DNA of 64,000 bases from NCBI GenBank assembly GCA_951406725.2, contig OX597830.1:61008001-61072000 (forward strand). Direction: 5' to 3'. The position numbers and the translations under genes were made by a program. Position 1 is the first letter of the stretch. Each line of letters begins with the position of its first letter. The DNA comes from Octopus vulgaris. Its lineage: Eukaryota. Positions 37,761 through 51,836 of this stretch are shown piece after piece. The notes below the pieces were generated by a model, which ran no database searches, was not told the DNA's origin, and saw only the letters and a program-made list of their open reading frames with translations.

Positions 37761-39977
37761 GTCTATCATTTGGATTTTTAGAAATTTAGCATCAGATTTC
37801 TTCTAATTCTGTAAATCTGAAATCTTGTATTTAAGAAACCAACTGTGTTTCATGATTCTATTAGGCGACTGGATATTGTTTAAAATCCATTACTAGCGTT
37901 ACGCTGCGAATTTGAGCCGTATTCTTAATTCTTCTTGTCCTATATCGTCCAGTTGTTTAAAGATGGTAAAAAGAAATCTGGGAATATATACCATAGATAG
38001 ACGAAGGTCTAATCTCTCATTTAATTAACACTGAAACTGGAGCTAAATTCTAGCTTGTATGAGATTGTACGGCTTAAGGACTAACTTTTTGGCAAGATAT
38101 TTGATCTGAGATCACGTTTTGAAATATTGTATTTTTGAAGTTATCTTTGTAATTAAAGAAACATAAGCTCCATTGTTATTTATTCCTATATTTCTTTATC
38201 GGATATCTTCGGCCTGGGTAATGATGCATTCCCTGTCGCTCTATCTCAGATTTTCGCTGAGAAATACAAAAATTCTAAAAAAAAAAGTCTACAAAAAAAA
38301 ATCAATAATTCGTATCTACAGTTTCAGTTGATTTGGTTTGATGGATGTTTTGTGGAAACCATCTGTTTATAATGGATTATTTCGTATATTCTTTTATCAA
38401 TTCTCTCAATCATCTTATATTCTTGAATCGTTTCCCCACCTACTTTATGCTGTTTTCATCTTATCATTCCCTAGTTTGTATTTTCTGTTTTGTTTACCGA
38501 AACACATCTAAAATTCACCCCACCCCACACCACACCATTTCCTTTAGTGGTGAAGTAGCTCCACTTTGTGGCCAACATTTAGCTTAGCGCGAACGTTTGC
38601 ACTTGTCTGTTGCATTAATCCACCAGCTTCGGTTGGTGTAATTAAGAAAATGTAACTAACAAAATAAAATCAACAATATACCGCTTAAGGCTTTCAGAAA
38701 ACCCAAATAGCAAACTTTCCAAGTAGCGCAATAATTTTCGGTCGGCCCTTCTTACAATTTTTCCTTGTTGATTTTGTTATTTAAGCCAGCCAGCTTCCTT
38801 TAAGCTCGAGTGTCACCAACCCTAACCCATTAGATGGTTCCTGTATTATTTAAATGTCGTTTTAAGTTGATCCCTTCGGTATTAATGCGAGCTGTTATAT
38901 GTGTGTGTGTTTGCGTGCGTACGATATGTGATGTGGATGTTATTAGTACGCATATAGGTGTGCGAAGTTAATGCTGGGTGTATACTTTCTGCACTTATTT
39001 GTGGCTAGACAATGTGATTAGTGGGTGGTACGCCTGTGTGGGATTCGCGTGTGTGTGTATGTATCTGTGTGTGTGTGTGTGTGTGTATGTGTGTGTGTAT
39101 GTGTGTGTGTGTGGTGTCTACGTTTGTTTATTTCGAATCTTGTTTTTGTATTATTCTTTTATCATTCTTTTACTGGTTTCAGTCATTGGATTGCGGCCAC
39201 GCAGGGCCACAGCTTTCAAGGGTTGTAGTCGATCATATCAGTCATAATATTTATTTCGAAACTCGTATATCATATCTATTTGTCGAACCACGTGGTTATA
39301 TAGTATAATTAAAACCGGGTTTTAGACTAGAATAGCACCAGCAGAAACTCGCATGCATGCGCGTGCGCACACACACATCACGCTCGCGCACACGCACACA
39401 TACATACATACATAGTGGAAGTCGACTTGTGAACGAACAAGACCACTTCCTACTGGCATTCCACTCTAAGAAACATCTCAAATCTGGCATTCCCATCGCT
39501 GAAAGCGTCTTATATGGAATCTAAAGACTACAAGAGACTTACAAGTCATGCCACGCCGATTGCAAGTCGACTCCTCCTTAGCAGCAGCCCAACTATATAG
39601 GTATCGACGCCTATAATGCCGAGTGAATGCACTGGTTGACCCGAACATTCTGCTACACAAGGTGCATGAGAGATCATGTCGGATATCACATTGGTTAACG
39701 GTGGGGGTGCATCTATGACCACACTTGCGGCTGAGTACATACATACATATGCTCGCACACACGCATATGCATATCTGCACATACATGTACATAATGGAAA
39801 ATTGTACAGTTTCTGTGTAAGACTCCGGCCTCTAAGGTGTTGGTAAATATAGTGGGATCGAACTCGGAACCTCTTTGTTGCTAAGCAAACTCATTAATCC
39901 CTTAGTCATGCCATGCACCTATTTTTTTTGCTTGTTTCAGCTCAGAGCTGCGGCCATGCTGATGCACCGCCGTTAAA

Positions 39978-40141
39978 AAATGGTGAAAGAGTACAGAAGG
40001 GATCACCACCCCCTGCCGGAGCCTCGTGGAGCTTTTAGGTGTTTTCGCTCAATAAACACTCACAATGCCCGGTCTGGGAATCGAAACCGCGATCCTACGG
40101 CCGCGAGTCCGCTGTCCTAACCACTGGGCCATTGCGCCTCC
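39978..40141 (-). mobile_element. SINE family B, 5' half
   Basis: Reverse complement of about 45669-45830. Confidence 0.8.
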
Positions 40142-41904
40142 TATGTATACATATATATAGGTAATTTTGCGATATGTTCTGTATGCATGCTTATATAAGT
40201 AATCAATGGGTGAATAGCTTGTGTGTGTGCCAACTGTGTCAATGTAGGTGCGTGTTAAAGTGACAGATTGCTCATGCATGGCTCCCTCTTCTTACTACCC
40301 ACAAGGGGCTAAACACAGAGAAGACAAATAAGGACAGACAAACGGATTAAGTCGATTACATCGACCCCAGTGCGTAACTGGTATATATATATGTATGTGT
40401 ATATACACTGTTATAAGCGGTCTTTTGCCACTGTTATATCTGTCTTTGTACGACGGTTGTCCGCTCTGACAGATATTGTTATATTCCGAAGTCGTCAACA
40501 GAATGGTTCTTTCTGACACTGTACGATCTCCAGTCGTACAGTGTTATTATCCTCAAAAGGCTGGATCGTTATAACGTCCACTCAGTATCATAGTACACGT
40601 ACTCTACGCACTCTCTCGATACTGGCCAACGTCACCTTACTTATAGTGACTGCGTCATTCCACTCGTCACGTTGCAGGAGTGTACCATTATTACTAATTC
40701 CCCACATCTCCCTTTTTAAGTTTTTCTTAGGTAATGTCATTTTATTTAGCAATAATATTTTTATACTCCCCACCTCGCTTAAAAAAAAATTTTTTACGAG
40801 CAATTTAATATTTTTTCCTCTTGGCATCTATCTTCAGGAACTCTGTATGTTTACTTTTCCTTTCACTTGTACGCTTAGGTTCGATCACCTGCAGTGGCGT
40901 TGGAACATGGAACGCATCGTACAAGCATTCCATCGGTTCCTCCAACTTCTTTGGTTCGCTCTCCACGAATTTTTGTTCAGTTGGTTCCTGTGTCTCTTTT
41001 GTATACCTTTTCAACTTTTGGATATTTTCCTTTTGAACGGCACATGTCAACACAATTTCTAGTTAACTAAACACTTTTAAATTTCGTATACTGGTAGAAT
41101 GTGTTTATAAAACATCATTTTTTCTTTGGTGTCACACGGTACACTCTTAAGAATTGTAGAGCTACCTCATCCGTGATTTCCTTATTTGCTTTTCTTAAAG
41201 CTCTCTTGAAGGTATCAACAAAGTGTTCTGCCAGTCCATTAGATCTGGGATTGTATGACACCGTAGTTATATGTTCTACCGCGAATATTTCACAAATTTT
41301 TAAATTCGCTAGACACAAATTGTGTTCCATTTTCAGATACCATCTTGTCTGGGATGCCAAATCTTGCAAACAATTAGTGTAGAAAATTTATCCCAGTTGG
41401 AGAAGTTGGTGTTTTACACTTAACCAACTCCCACCAAAAATTTTTTCGCGAACGGTACATTTTGCTTTGATTTAAATAAATGTTTTTCACTTTGTTTTGC
41501 TTTGATTTTTTTCTGTTTTAGTCCTTCAGTATTTGAACCTTCGACTGAGGCAACTATATTTCTACACAAAACCCTTATGGGCTTATTCCCTAAATTAAAT
41601 AGTTGTAGCCACTCTGTGCCAAATAAATTAAGTGAATGTTTTAACATATATATCTCAGCTTTTTCGTTTGACCTCGAAATGTTACGTTACATACGCATTC
41701 ACCGATAAAATATAATCTTTTCCCCGTAACACCATGTGCTACCTTTTAGATTTAATTAATTTCGGCTTACCGTTATGTGTCAACGGCTTTTCGCTTATAA
41801 TAGTCGAGTCACTGCCTCTGTCGAACTTCACTTTTGCACTTGTGCTTTTCATTTTCACATTCACGAATTCTCTCATCGTCATATTACCAATTTCTTCCGA
41901 TGTA

Positions 41905-42318
41905 CTATATATATATATATATATATGTTTGCTTGTTATCAGTCGTAAGACACTGTTGTTTTCACCGTTAATGCTTCTGTATTTCATGTTTCTGTATTCC
42001 ATTATTGTTTTTTGTTTTTTTATATCTGTCCCTTTTGCTGTCCTGGTGTTCGTATGCATTCGATCCTTCTTCCAGGAAATCTACGCTTCCAGCTTAGTTT
42101 TTCTAATGCTCGTTGCTTGGTTTTTCTTGGAGGGCTGGCCGTGATCTAGTAATCTCAAGATTAATCAGCCGAAATTACTACGATGATCCGGTTCTTGACT
42201 GAAGACTGAGGGTTTCGAATGTCCTGTCCGTGTTTATTGTGTCGTCTTCTAAGAGTTATACGTTCTTGTCCATGTTGTATTTTTCTACATACCTTAATAT
42301 ATATATATATATATATAT
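41905..42318 (+). mobile_element. Nested (TA)n-flanked insertion inside the Gypsy gag-pro junction
   Basis: (TA)n on both sides; inverted relative of 16985-17380; separates the zinc-knuckle and protease remnants. Confidence 0.6.
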
Positions 42319-43345
42319 AAATTTTCCTTTGTTCTGATGTTTTGTAATTTTCCTTTTACAGTGCATCTTAATATGTCCTATATTACCACAACGTGAGTCC
42401 TCTGCTGTTTTAAATGGACAATTTTTCCTCAGGTGCATACCATCACATGCAAGACATGGGTTTATATCCTGATGTTTGTCGTGTTTTTTTTTTAGAAAAC
42501 ACTATATCTATATTCAGATTACCCCGCATTGGTTGTACTTGGAAACAATTTTTGCGCTCAATTTCCCCTGTGTCGAGTCTTACTTTGAGTATCCTTTCAC
42601 ATTCTTTAGACAATTTTTGAAGGGTTACTTCCTGGTCTTACTCCAGCTTTGCAAGAATTCTAGTTCTGACTTCTGTGTCCTTTTCGGCTGTTAGTCCCTG
42701 TATAAAAAAACCCGGCATTTGAACATATCCTGACTTAATTTATCCAGCTTAAACTTCTCGATTTCCCTGTTAACTCTACCAGCACATGTGATGTAGTCTT
42801 CGTAGTTGTTTTTCTCTATGTTCAGACACTTCCAACGTGTGTCGAACAATGAGCTTTTTTCACTCACAATATATCAATTGTGTCATTAAAGTTTACTTCC
42901 CAAGGTTTTCTTGGGAGTACAACATTACTGTATCATTCAGGTTCTGTTGGCGCCAGTTTTCTCAAGATTAAACGCGTTTTCATCTCGTCGCCCCAATCTT
43001 TACATTCTTTATCGAATATTTGCTCATATCGTCTTCAGTGTGCATCGAAGGTAACTCCTTCGTATTTCAATTCGGTAAGTGAATTTGCGACATAGTCTGG
43101 CGAGAACACTTTCTGGCTTTCCTGACGAATTCAGTAATTGCAGCATTTATTGCTGTAATATTATTTGTTGTTGCTTCTCTTGTTTCTCTTGCAGTTGTAC
43201 CTGCTGTTGTTGCTGCTTTTGCAACTCGAGCGAACCTTTCAATAAGTTTTCCATGCTTTTACGTTTTTCCGTAAAATTCGTACACCAACTTTGTGAGTTT
43301 GTTAACTCCTCTTTGAGCTTCAGTTAACTCCACGTGAATTGGTTT

Positions 43346-43358
43346 ATCCTCGTCGCCA
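43346..43358 (-). promoter_or_regulatory. Primer-binding site complementary to the tRNA-Ser(GCU) 3' end
   Basis: The + strand reads ATCCTCGTCGCCA, matching the 3' end of metazoan tRNA-Ser(GCU) plus CCA, immediately inside the 5' LTR. Confidence 0.75.
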
Positions 43359-44019
43359 CTATCATCAAGCGGTCTTTTGCCACTGTTATATCTGTCTTTG
43401 TACGACGGTTGTCCGCTCTGACAGATATTGTTATATTTCAAAGTCGTCGATAGAATGGTGCTATCTGGCACTACGACCCCCAGTTGTATAGTGTTATTAT
43501 CCTCAAAAGGCTGGATCGTTATAACGTCCACTCAGTATCATAGTATAATTACTATATCAGCACAGACACGACTATCAACACAGTCTACACGTACTCTACG
43601 CACTCTCTCGATACTGGCCAACGTCACCTTACTTATAGTGACTGGGTCATTCCACTCGTCACGTTGCAGGAGTGTACCATTATTACTAATTCCCCACAAC
43701 ACATACATTACATATGCATATGTGTATGTGTGTGTATACATAAACACACACACACTCACACACACACACAGACACACACAGACACACACACACACACACA
43801 CACAAAAAAGATCGCATTAAATTTATTGCAAATTTGTTTTGAGCAGAACTTCAAATTTTGCCTGGAGGCCTGAATAGTGAGCCGGTTAAAAAGTTTCAGT
43901 TAATACACACACACATACATTGTGTGTGTATGTGTGCATATATTTATATGTATATATATATCTATCTATATGTGTGTGTGTATATATATGTATATATATA
44001 TACATATGTATGTATCATA

Positions 44020-44230
44020 TATCACCTTGACCGACCAGTCCGTCAGGCGTCCATTTGACACCGCTGGTCACAGCACGCTGTTCACTCCTCTCTGGATCGC
44101 GCCTTCCTCATCCACGTGATCCCAATCGTCCTCCTGAAATCGTAACTCCACCGCCGTGGAGGTCTTCCGGGTGGTCTTTTCCGCTCGCGCGGGTACCACT
44201 CGACAACTGCGTGGGTCCACCGATTATCGG
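44020..44230 (-). mobile_element. RTE-like LINE 3' end
   Basis: Translates as RKRPPGRPPRRWSYDFRRTIGITWMRKARSREE*; lies within (TA)n. Confidence 0.65.
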
Positions 44231-45666
44231 TATCATATATATATATATGTAAATATATATTGGTATATATTACATATATATATGTATATATATATACATA
44301 TTACATATATACAGAATGTAGTTAAATAAATAACAGAAAATTAGCTTAAAGATACGCAGTCAAAAGGCATAAAAATCATTATAAGAGTCTATAGTATTCC
44401 TGATGTATTAGAAATCTTATTGCTAACTCATTTGTATCTCGACTATTTAGTTGAAGCTACACGAGAAAGAGGAAGAGAGATCTTGCAAGTGACAGCTTCT
44501 CAGTACTACGTTATGTCTTCTCGTTAAATCCATTAAAAATACCCGTTCACAAAACATAATAAATATAGAAATTGATAGACTAAGACCAGAAACACCTTTC
44601 AGCTTTTTGTTGTTGTCGGCGTAGAACTATATTATCAAATACTAACCACATCAGAAACAATCAGATCTTATTACCCAGTATTTCACAAGCAATGCAATGG
44701 TGTTTGGTGAATTCAGATGTGCGTTTTCGTTGGCAGGGCGAGGAAAATTTGCTGCCTCTCATTAGAAACATGAAACAACTTGACAATACTATTGTTACAT
44801 TTGAGCGAAAGCTGTCTTGTTCAGAATGATATTATGTGTGACGGACTTATTAATATGGAGGACGAATAAAAGAAATGTTTCAAAAGAATTATGAAAATAT
44901 GAAAATCTCTGTCTAATCGATCACGATACCGATGTAATGCCAGTCCTGGATGCCTATGTTTGGCATCCAGGAATTGGTGACCTCTGAATTGGTGACCTCA
45001 AGAACTGAAAGACTCAAAAACTACTCACTGTCATTAGAAATTTCGATGTCACTGAGGATTTAGACAGAGTGTATTTTCCACGGAAGAAGGAAGGCCTTCG
45101 TCTTGAAAATCTGTCAACATTTAACAATGAAAGAATATTTGCAGCAGAGGGAAAAACAACGATCTCGCTCAGGTTTGGGAGCACGAACCTAAAACATTAT
45201 TAGAGCGGGTAGTAATCTTGAAAGCGGACATGTATTAAGAACTGACACAGATATCTCCCCGAGGAAAAGTCAGATGGCATGGAAACATTGTACTAGAATA
45301 CTCTCAAACGAAAATCAGAAGAAATCAGTGGAGGAAATAAGCTACATTAAATGTCATGGAATACCTACTAATTCATAGCAATTCAACTTGAAGATTGGTG
45401 AATTCAATCCAGGTACCAAAATTCTTCCCCAACTACCTAGTAACAATTGTAGATTATGCAAAACGCAAATCAAAGACATTAGCGACACCATTGTCAAGTG
45501 TGGGGAAATGTTCTGTAGTTGTCACTTTCCTACGTATATGATATGATAGGCAGATCAATGTGGAATAGATGAGCAAGAAAAGATAACAAATGCAGTGAAA
45601 CATGTTGAGATCAATGGACCAACAAAATATTAAGTGGAACCTATTCTTAAGGGCATAGATAAAACA

Positions 45667-46052
45667 GTGGAGGCGCAATGGCCCAGTGGTTAGGGCAGCG
45701 GACTCGCGGTCATAGGATCGCGGTTTCGATTCCCAGACCGGGCGTTGTGAGTGTTTATTGAGCGAAAACACCTAAAGCTCCACGAGGCTCCGGCAGGGGA
45801 TGGTGGCGATCCCTGCTGTTTCTCTTTCACCACAACTTTCTCTCACTCTTACTTCCTGTTTCTGTTGTACCTGTATTTCAAAGGGCCGGCCTTGTCACTC
45901 TCTGTGTCACGCTGAATATCCCCGAGAACTACGTTAAGGGTACACGTGTCTGTGGAGTGCTCAGCCACTTACACGTTAATTTCACGAGCAGGCTGTTCCG
46001 TTGATTCGGATCAACCGGAACCCTCGTCGTCGTAACCGACGGAGTGCTTCCA
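45667..46052 (+). mobile_element. SINE family B, full-length with 10-bp TSD
   Basis: TSD AGATAAAACA at 45657 and 46053; nearly identical (inverted) to 31289-31678. Confidence 0.9.
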
Positions 46053-46604
46053 AGATAAAACAAGTTAAAACAACTGATTCTTGGATTGGAATTACAAAAA
46101 CGTGTCCTGATGTGGTAAGAAACATACAGGACAAAGAAGAAATGTTCGGGCAATTGACGAATTTTGCAAATCCAGTGCCCAAAATACACTTTTAGTTGTA
46201 TGCCCATGGTTAGTGGAACAACCTGATATGTACAAATCCGCCTAAATCAAAGTATAACTAAATCCTTAAGAGTTAAAGGTTGAACTGTACAACGAATGAC
46301 GAAGAGAAAAAAAGCTTAAAAAATGCGAAAAGACTTCTCTACAACCTGCCACTGAGGAGGCGGCCGGGCAAAATAATGCTTGAAACCCTGCATTCACACA
46401 CGCGCGCGCACACACACAGACACACACACACACACAGACACAGACACAAACATGCAGGAAAACAGGCATATACTATTCTAAACTCATTCTAATATGCATG
46501 TATGTGTATGTGTGCTTGTATACATACACACATACACATATACATGCATACATACATATACAAAGGCACACACACACATATCTATATATATATATATATA
46601 TACT

Positions 46605-46769
46605 ACGAGCTTCTTTTAGTTTCTGTATAGTCTATGAAATCCACTCACATGGCTTTGGTCGGCACGAAGCTATAGTAGGAGACACTTGCCCAAGGTGCCA
46701 CGCAGTGGGACTGAACTCGGAACTATGTGGTTGGTAAACAAGCTACTTACCACACAGCCATACTTGCGC

Positions 46770-46770
<1 letters not shown>
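46605..46770 (-). mobile_element. SINE family C, 5' part
   Basis: Reverse complement of 35118-35280. Confidence 0.75.
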
Positions 46771-46817
<47 letters not shown>

Positions 46818-46854
46818 TTGTATATATATATAAAAATATATATATACGTCACTA

Positions 46855-47033
46855 AAGTGACTGAGGGTAGTAGTGAGCATCAGTATTGCTAGAAATAAGA
46901 GTTAAAACAACTCATAGCCACAAGAAGCACTTATCTTAATGACTGACATTAAGCTAAGTGCTTCTTGTGGCTACGAGTTGTTTTAACTTTTATTTCTAGC
47001 AGTACTGGTGCTGTCTAGTGCCCTCAGTCACTT
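46855..47033. mobile_element. Foldback MITE (~180-bp imperfect palindrome), superfamily unassigned
   Basis: AAGTGACTGAGGG...TAGCCACAAGAAGCACTTA / TAAGTGCTTCTTGTGGCTA...CCCTCAGTCACTT; the arms pair along almost their whole length. Confidence 0.7.
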
Positions 47034-47078
47034 AAGGGTTGTAAAATTGCGAACAAGCCATCCTTATTATTCATGTGT

Positions 47079-47159
<81 letters not shown>

Positions 47160-48224
47160 TGTGTGTGTGTGTGAGTATCTGTGTATTCAACAATTATAAA
47201 TTAATGTAAAATCTGTCTCTTAATCTCTCACAGAAATACATTTTACATTGTCTCTTAGTTTTGATATGGACAATAGGCGGAAAATCAATTTCATGATAGT
47301 GACATTGCTTGCACCCACGTGGCAGGGATTAGAATCTTGACCTTCTACATACCATAATATTATTTAAAACATCATCCAATTAATTTATCTTACAGAAAAA
47401 AAAAATTGCTGGAGTTATCTACACATTTGATTTCGCCCAATCTCAACCAAAGTGTAATAAAAATTAGAATGAAAAGTCAACCAGAAACACACTTTGATCC
47501 CGTGTTAACTCCATGAAACATCATGGCATAACCTTAAGCATAGTACAGAGGCCTTCTGAGAGAAGACCAAACGATGATAAACAAAACAGCAGAGCATTTT
47601 ACATCATCTGTAGATAGACGTTGGTAATAATCGATTCAATCACCCGGCTACGCTCACCACTTTAAATATAATATTGTCAATAACTCATCGCCATCATCTC
47701 AAGTTCGTTCTGAAATACATTATCTGAATCAGTAATTATTAGCATCTATAAATAGATTAAAATACAATTACATATTCTATTGTATTCTTTTATTGTTATG
47801 GCTGTTATTTTTTATGGTTTTAACTCCAATTTACCAGTTAGACTGTTGTTCTGGCGGCAACTGATTACTATTATGACTATTCAAAATATTGACCCTATCG
47901 TAAGAGCTGGTAGTATAAACAACCTTTACCAATAGAAATATATAAAATACTGAGGAAATCTGTCATTTTTTAACAATAGTGCTGTTGTTGTTTAACCCTA
48001 GGTCAACCTTTATGAAGCACACTTATGGTCAAAGACATCCCAGTCACTACCATCACGTCTTTTTGACCATATACAGGAATATATTATCCAAAACCACCTT
48101 TCTTTTCTCAAGACAATAGTGTAAGACTTGAAGATTTAGTTGCCATTTCCAGGCTGGTCCAACGACCAATTATATATACAAGCTCCCTCCTTGGCTCCTA
48201 AAGAATTTGCGGTAGAATCTAATG

Positions 48225-49040
48225 TTGCAATAGAGTAGTGTTTTAGTAAAGGAGTGTCGTGAATCCAGTTTGAGTCTTAGTAGAGGAATACCGTGTGTTA
48301 CAATGCTTTAGTAAGGTTATGTTGCGGAGTTTTTTGGTGTAGTCTTGCTTCTTTTTAGTAAGAGAAAGTAATAGAGTTCAAAACTGTATCCTGTGGTGGT
48401 TTAATAACGAAAAATAGTGTTGTACCATTTTGTATAGTTTAGTATGTTAGAAGAGAAATGTTTAGTACAATATTATGTAGTGTTTTAGTAAAAGAATGCA
48501 TACAGTGAATTACAATGTTTTGTTCTGTCGTGCTTTATTAAAGGAATGTATTATGTTGCATTGCAGTGCAATATAGGGTTTATTTATGAACTATAATAGC
48601 ACCCAATGTAGAGTAGACTTTTTGCGAAGGAGTATGATCTAGTAGTGTCACATAGAACAATACTTGCAGAGTTGTGTAGTGATTTTGCTAAGTATTTGAG
48701 TAAAAGAATGTAGTACTTTAGTATACGATAATCCAATATAGTATGGAGTTTTAATATAGGAAAGCAGTGTACGACAAAATGGCGCAATGTAATGTTTCAT
48801 TAAATGAATGCAGTATTGTCCAGTATTGAGTATTGTAGTGTCTTCCTAAAGAAATGTAGTGCAATAAAATACATTTTAATAAATGAATGTATACCAATAT
48901 AGTGTTAAATTTTTGCAAAAGAATGCACGTATTGCAATGTGATTTAGTGTTTAGACGGCTTTAAATATTGTGCTTTGTATCATTTAAAATTTATCTTTCA
49001 AGAATACTGTCTTGTGTGGGAATACTACAATGCAATGTCT
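48225..49040. repeat. Highly degenerate tandem repeat (~40-bp period)
   Basis: Recurring TAGTGTTTTAGTAAA(A/G)GAATG(T/C)A-like motif. Confidence 0.5.
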
Positions 49041-49829
49041 ATAATTGAATAACATACCTGATTACAAAAACTGCATTTGGCCAACATCATGAAACGAAAA
49101 TATATGTAATTTAATAAAGAGAATAATAATATATAAACCTAGAATTTTATACATCTACTGTTTTATTTCGGGATCTTTGGAATTTTTGATTACTCCTTGG
49201 TCAACCTAAAAACAGGCATTCAATTTGATTTCATATCAGTGGTATCACTCACGAAGATAGAAAGGTGTGCAGCAATATCAGTCAGTCTACCCCACAATTT
49301 GCAACTCAATATTTAACATTCATTGTTGTACCGTCATGATTTTATCAAATAAATGTTCCTTGTAGAAGTACTTATTTTTTTTTACTTTTGCATTTGATAT
49401 TTTAAACATTTACGTCCGAACAACTGAAAACCCGGACTCAGCATTTTACACTAACGAAACACTCATTAGCTTGACTATGTTACTGCTGATGAACTCGGCC
49501 GTTGATAGCTAAAATTATATTGTCTAATATAGTGGCATAGACATCTTTCGGTTGGTCAGCTGCTTTGTTAAAGTCATATTAGCATGGATTCAATTTAAAT
49601 AAAAATTAGAGGAAACCACAATGCAGCAAAGATCATACATTTATCAATATTATTGGGAACATATGTAAAATTACTACGTTCGTCTCACTAGCAACACTCA
49701 TACCACATGTAATTGTTAATGATTGTAGCATCATAATTATTTATAGATTACAGACTTCCTTCAGTCTAGAGCATCATTTAGGAGCCAGTCTGGCGGAGAA
49801 TATTGTATTTAAGTCAGCACAGTGAAGAA

Positions 49830-50070
49830 TATACTATACGTGTCAATCTGATGGAAAAGGCAGTATGTCCGTGAGTATGGCGGAGGATGCAGTCTATGAG
49901 TATGGCGGAGGATGCAGTGTGAGTCAGTCTGATCGAGGATGCAGTGTGTTTATCTGTCAGTGTTGTGGAAAATAGAGTGTCTGTCAGTTTGGTGGAGAAT
50001 AAATTACGTGTTTCTTTTTGGCGGATAATATGCATTTATGTCGATATAGTGGAGGATATAGTGTATCAGT
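49830..50070. repeat. Degenerate ~25-30 bp minisatellite
   Basis: Recurring AGT(A/C)TG..GGAGGATGCAGT(G/C)T units. Confidence 0.55.
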
Positions 50071-50128
50071 AGAATGGAGAATACATCTCTGCAGGCGTTT
50101 AAATATAATCGGAAATCACACACAACAT

Positions 50129-50190
<62 letters not shown>

Positions 50191-50299
50191 CGCACGCGCG
50201 TGTGTGTGAGTATTTGTGAGCAGCCGAGTAGTTTTCGTTATTTCCTGTTGTTATTGCCTCATACTGTTGCCTTTGAGAGAAGCATGATTGCTTTAATTC

Positions 50300-50344
<45 letters not shown>

Positions 50345-51426
50345 CACAAATCAATTCTATCACATGCCATATGTTATAATGTATAAAATTGTCTATTGAA
50401 GCAAGCCTTTAAGAGATCATATAAACGACAACCATTATGATTCAATATGCAATTATTTATAATTTGTTATTCACAGTATTATTATTGTCAAACTTATGGA
50501 TCCTATCACCATTCAAGCTAAACTCACAAGAGGATTTGAGATCAGTGCTACAGTTTAACTAAACACAAACCGGTCAATTAGACCTCCCTTTCGATTACTC
50601 ACAACGGCCAGTTCTTCATCTCTTTTGTACATATTTATAAGTTGATGGACATTTGAAGCATTCGGTTATTGTTTTACTTGTGTCAGTTATTGGACTGCGG
50701 CCATGCAGGGGCATCCATATCGATTTCAGTATTTCTTTTCGTTTGGTACTGATTTTACCAATCTTTCTTTATCGTTAAGTTGCACTTTGACACAAAGGAA
50801 CGCTATGGCGGCTTACGCAAGTAAATGGAAACAGCTACAACGGAAATAAACACGCATGCGCAGACATGCATACATGCTATTGCGTATCTTTGGAAGTGAC
50901 AGCTCAGACATAGAAATTACCAATTTTTTCTCCCGGCATCTAATAAGCATAATCTGTTGTGAATCAGTGAAACACAGTGCTACGAGACCATTAATTCAAG
51001 AGTAACAGAGAAGAGTTATGGATCAATTAAAATTGATGGTGGACATGAAGAATTACATTGAAGTATTGGGAATTCTGAATAACTATGGTTAACAAAATCT
51101 TCATTTAAAAACAACATTCTATAAAATATTTGCCAAACTTAGCGACTATATTTCAGCAATCTGTCTTTCTCGGTAACTCTCCACCCACCCCCACTCTATT
51201 ACAGGAGCTTCAGAGAAAACATAACATTCGATAAAGCTGGAATTATTTTTGTGACGGCCTTAGCAAGATAGCTATTTATACAAGTGTCAACGCTAATTTG
51301 TCTGTTTTCTGGCAGTCAGCCAATACAACCAGAAATCTGATAGCGTTTTGTCTGCCGGAATCAGGAAGAATTCTGTAGGTCGGCCGCTTTTCTATCGTCT
51401 CTGATAGTATCTGTGTAAACTTGTGT

Positions 51427-51478
<52 letters not shown>

Positions 51479-51836
51479 GTGCGCGCGTATGTGTAACTTT
51501 TTCGGCTTTCACCTTGGCAAGAATTTAGTTAGCCTCCTCTGAGGTTTCACTAACATACCAGTTTTTCTGGATATTACTAGCCCTTCGTTCAACCATTCTC
51601 CCACGATCCTCCGCATTGTGCAACGTAGCCGTTCCCGAAAGAGAGACAGAGATAGAAAGAGAAAGAAAATATTGAGAAAGAAAGAACGAGAGAGAGAGAG
51701 AGAGAGAGAGAGACTGGACCAGTACTTGATTGATACTTTATATATCGACGGGATGAAGGGACAAAAAGTAAAGATGATTTCAGCGGTGTTTGATCTCAAA
51801 GTGTAGATAACCTGAACAAGTACCAGAAAGTATTCT

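Larger units (their letters stand above)
40409..43698 (-). mobile_element. Ty3/Gypsy LTR retrotransposon, internally deleted, both LTRs retained
   Basis: LTRs at 40409-40706 and about 43360-43698 (TG start on -), with a 4-bp TSD ACAC. PBS at 43346-43358; PPT AAAAAGGGAGA adjacent to the 3' LTR. Coding remnants: gag (RRYEQIFDKEC...KTRLILRKL; zinc knuckles HLRKNCPFK...CGNIGHIKMHC), protease (FDRGSDSTII) and integrase (YNPRSNGLAEHFVDTFKRAL...YRVTP). RT is largely absent. Confidence 0.9.

Noticed and set aside
45667-45740. tRNA-like sequences with A/B boxes (also 1196, 31600-31678, 32995, 35118)
   Set aside because: They are SINE heads that continue into conserved bodies with TSDs, and they lack a complete acceptor stem.
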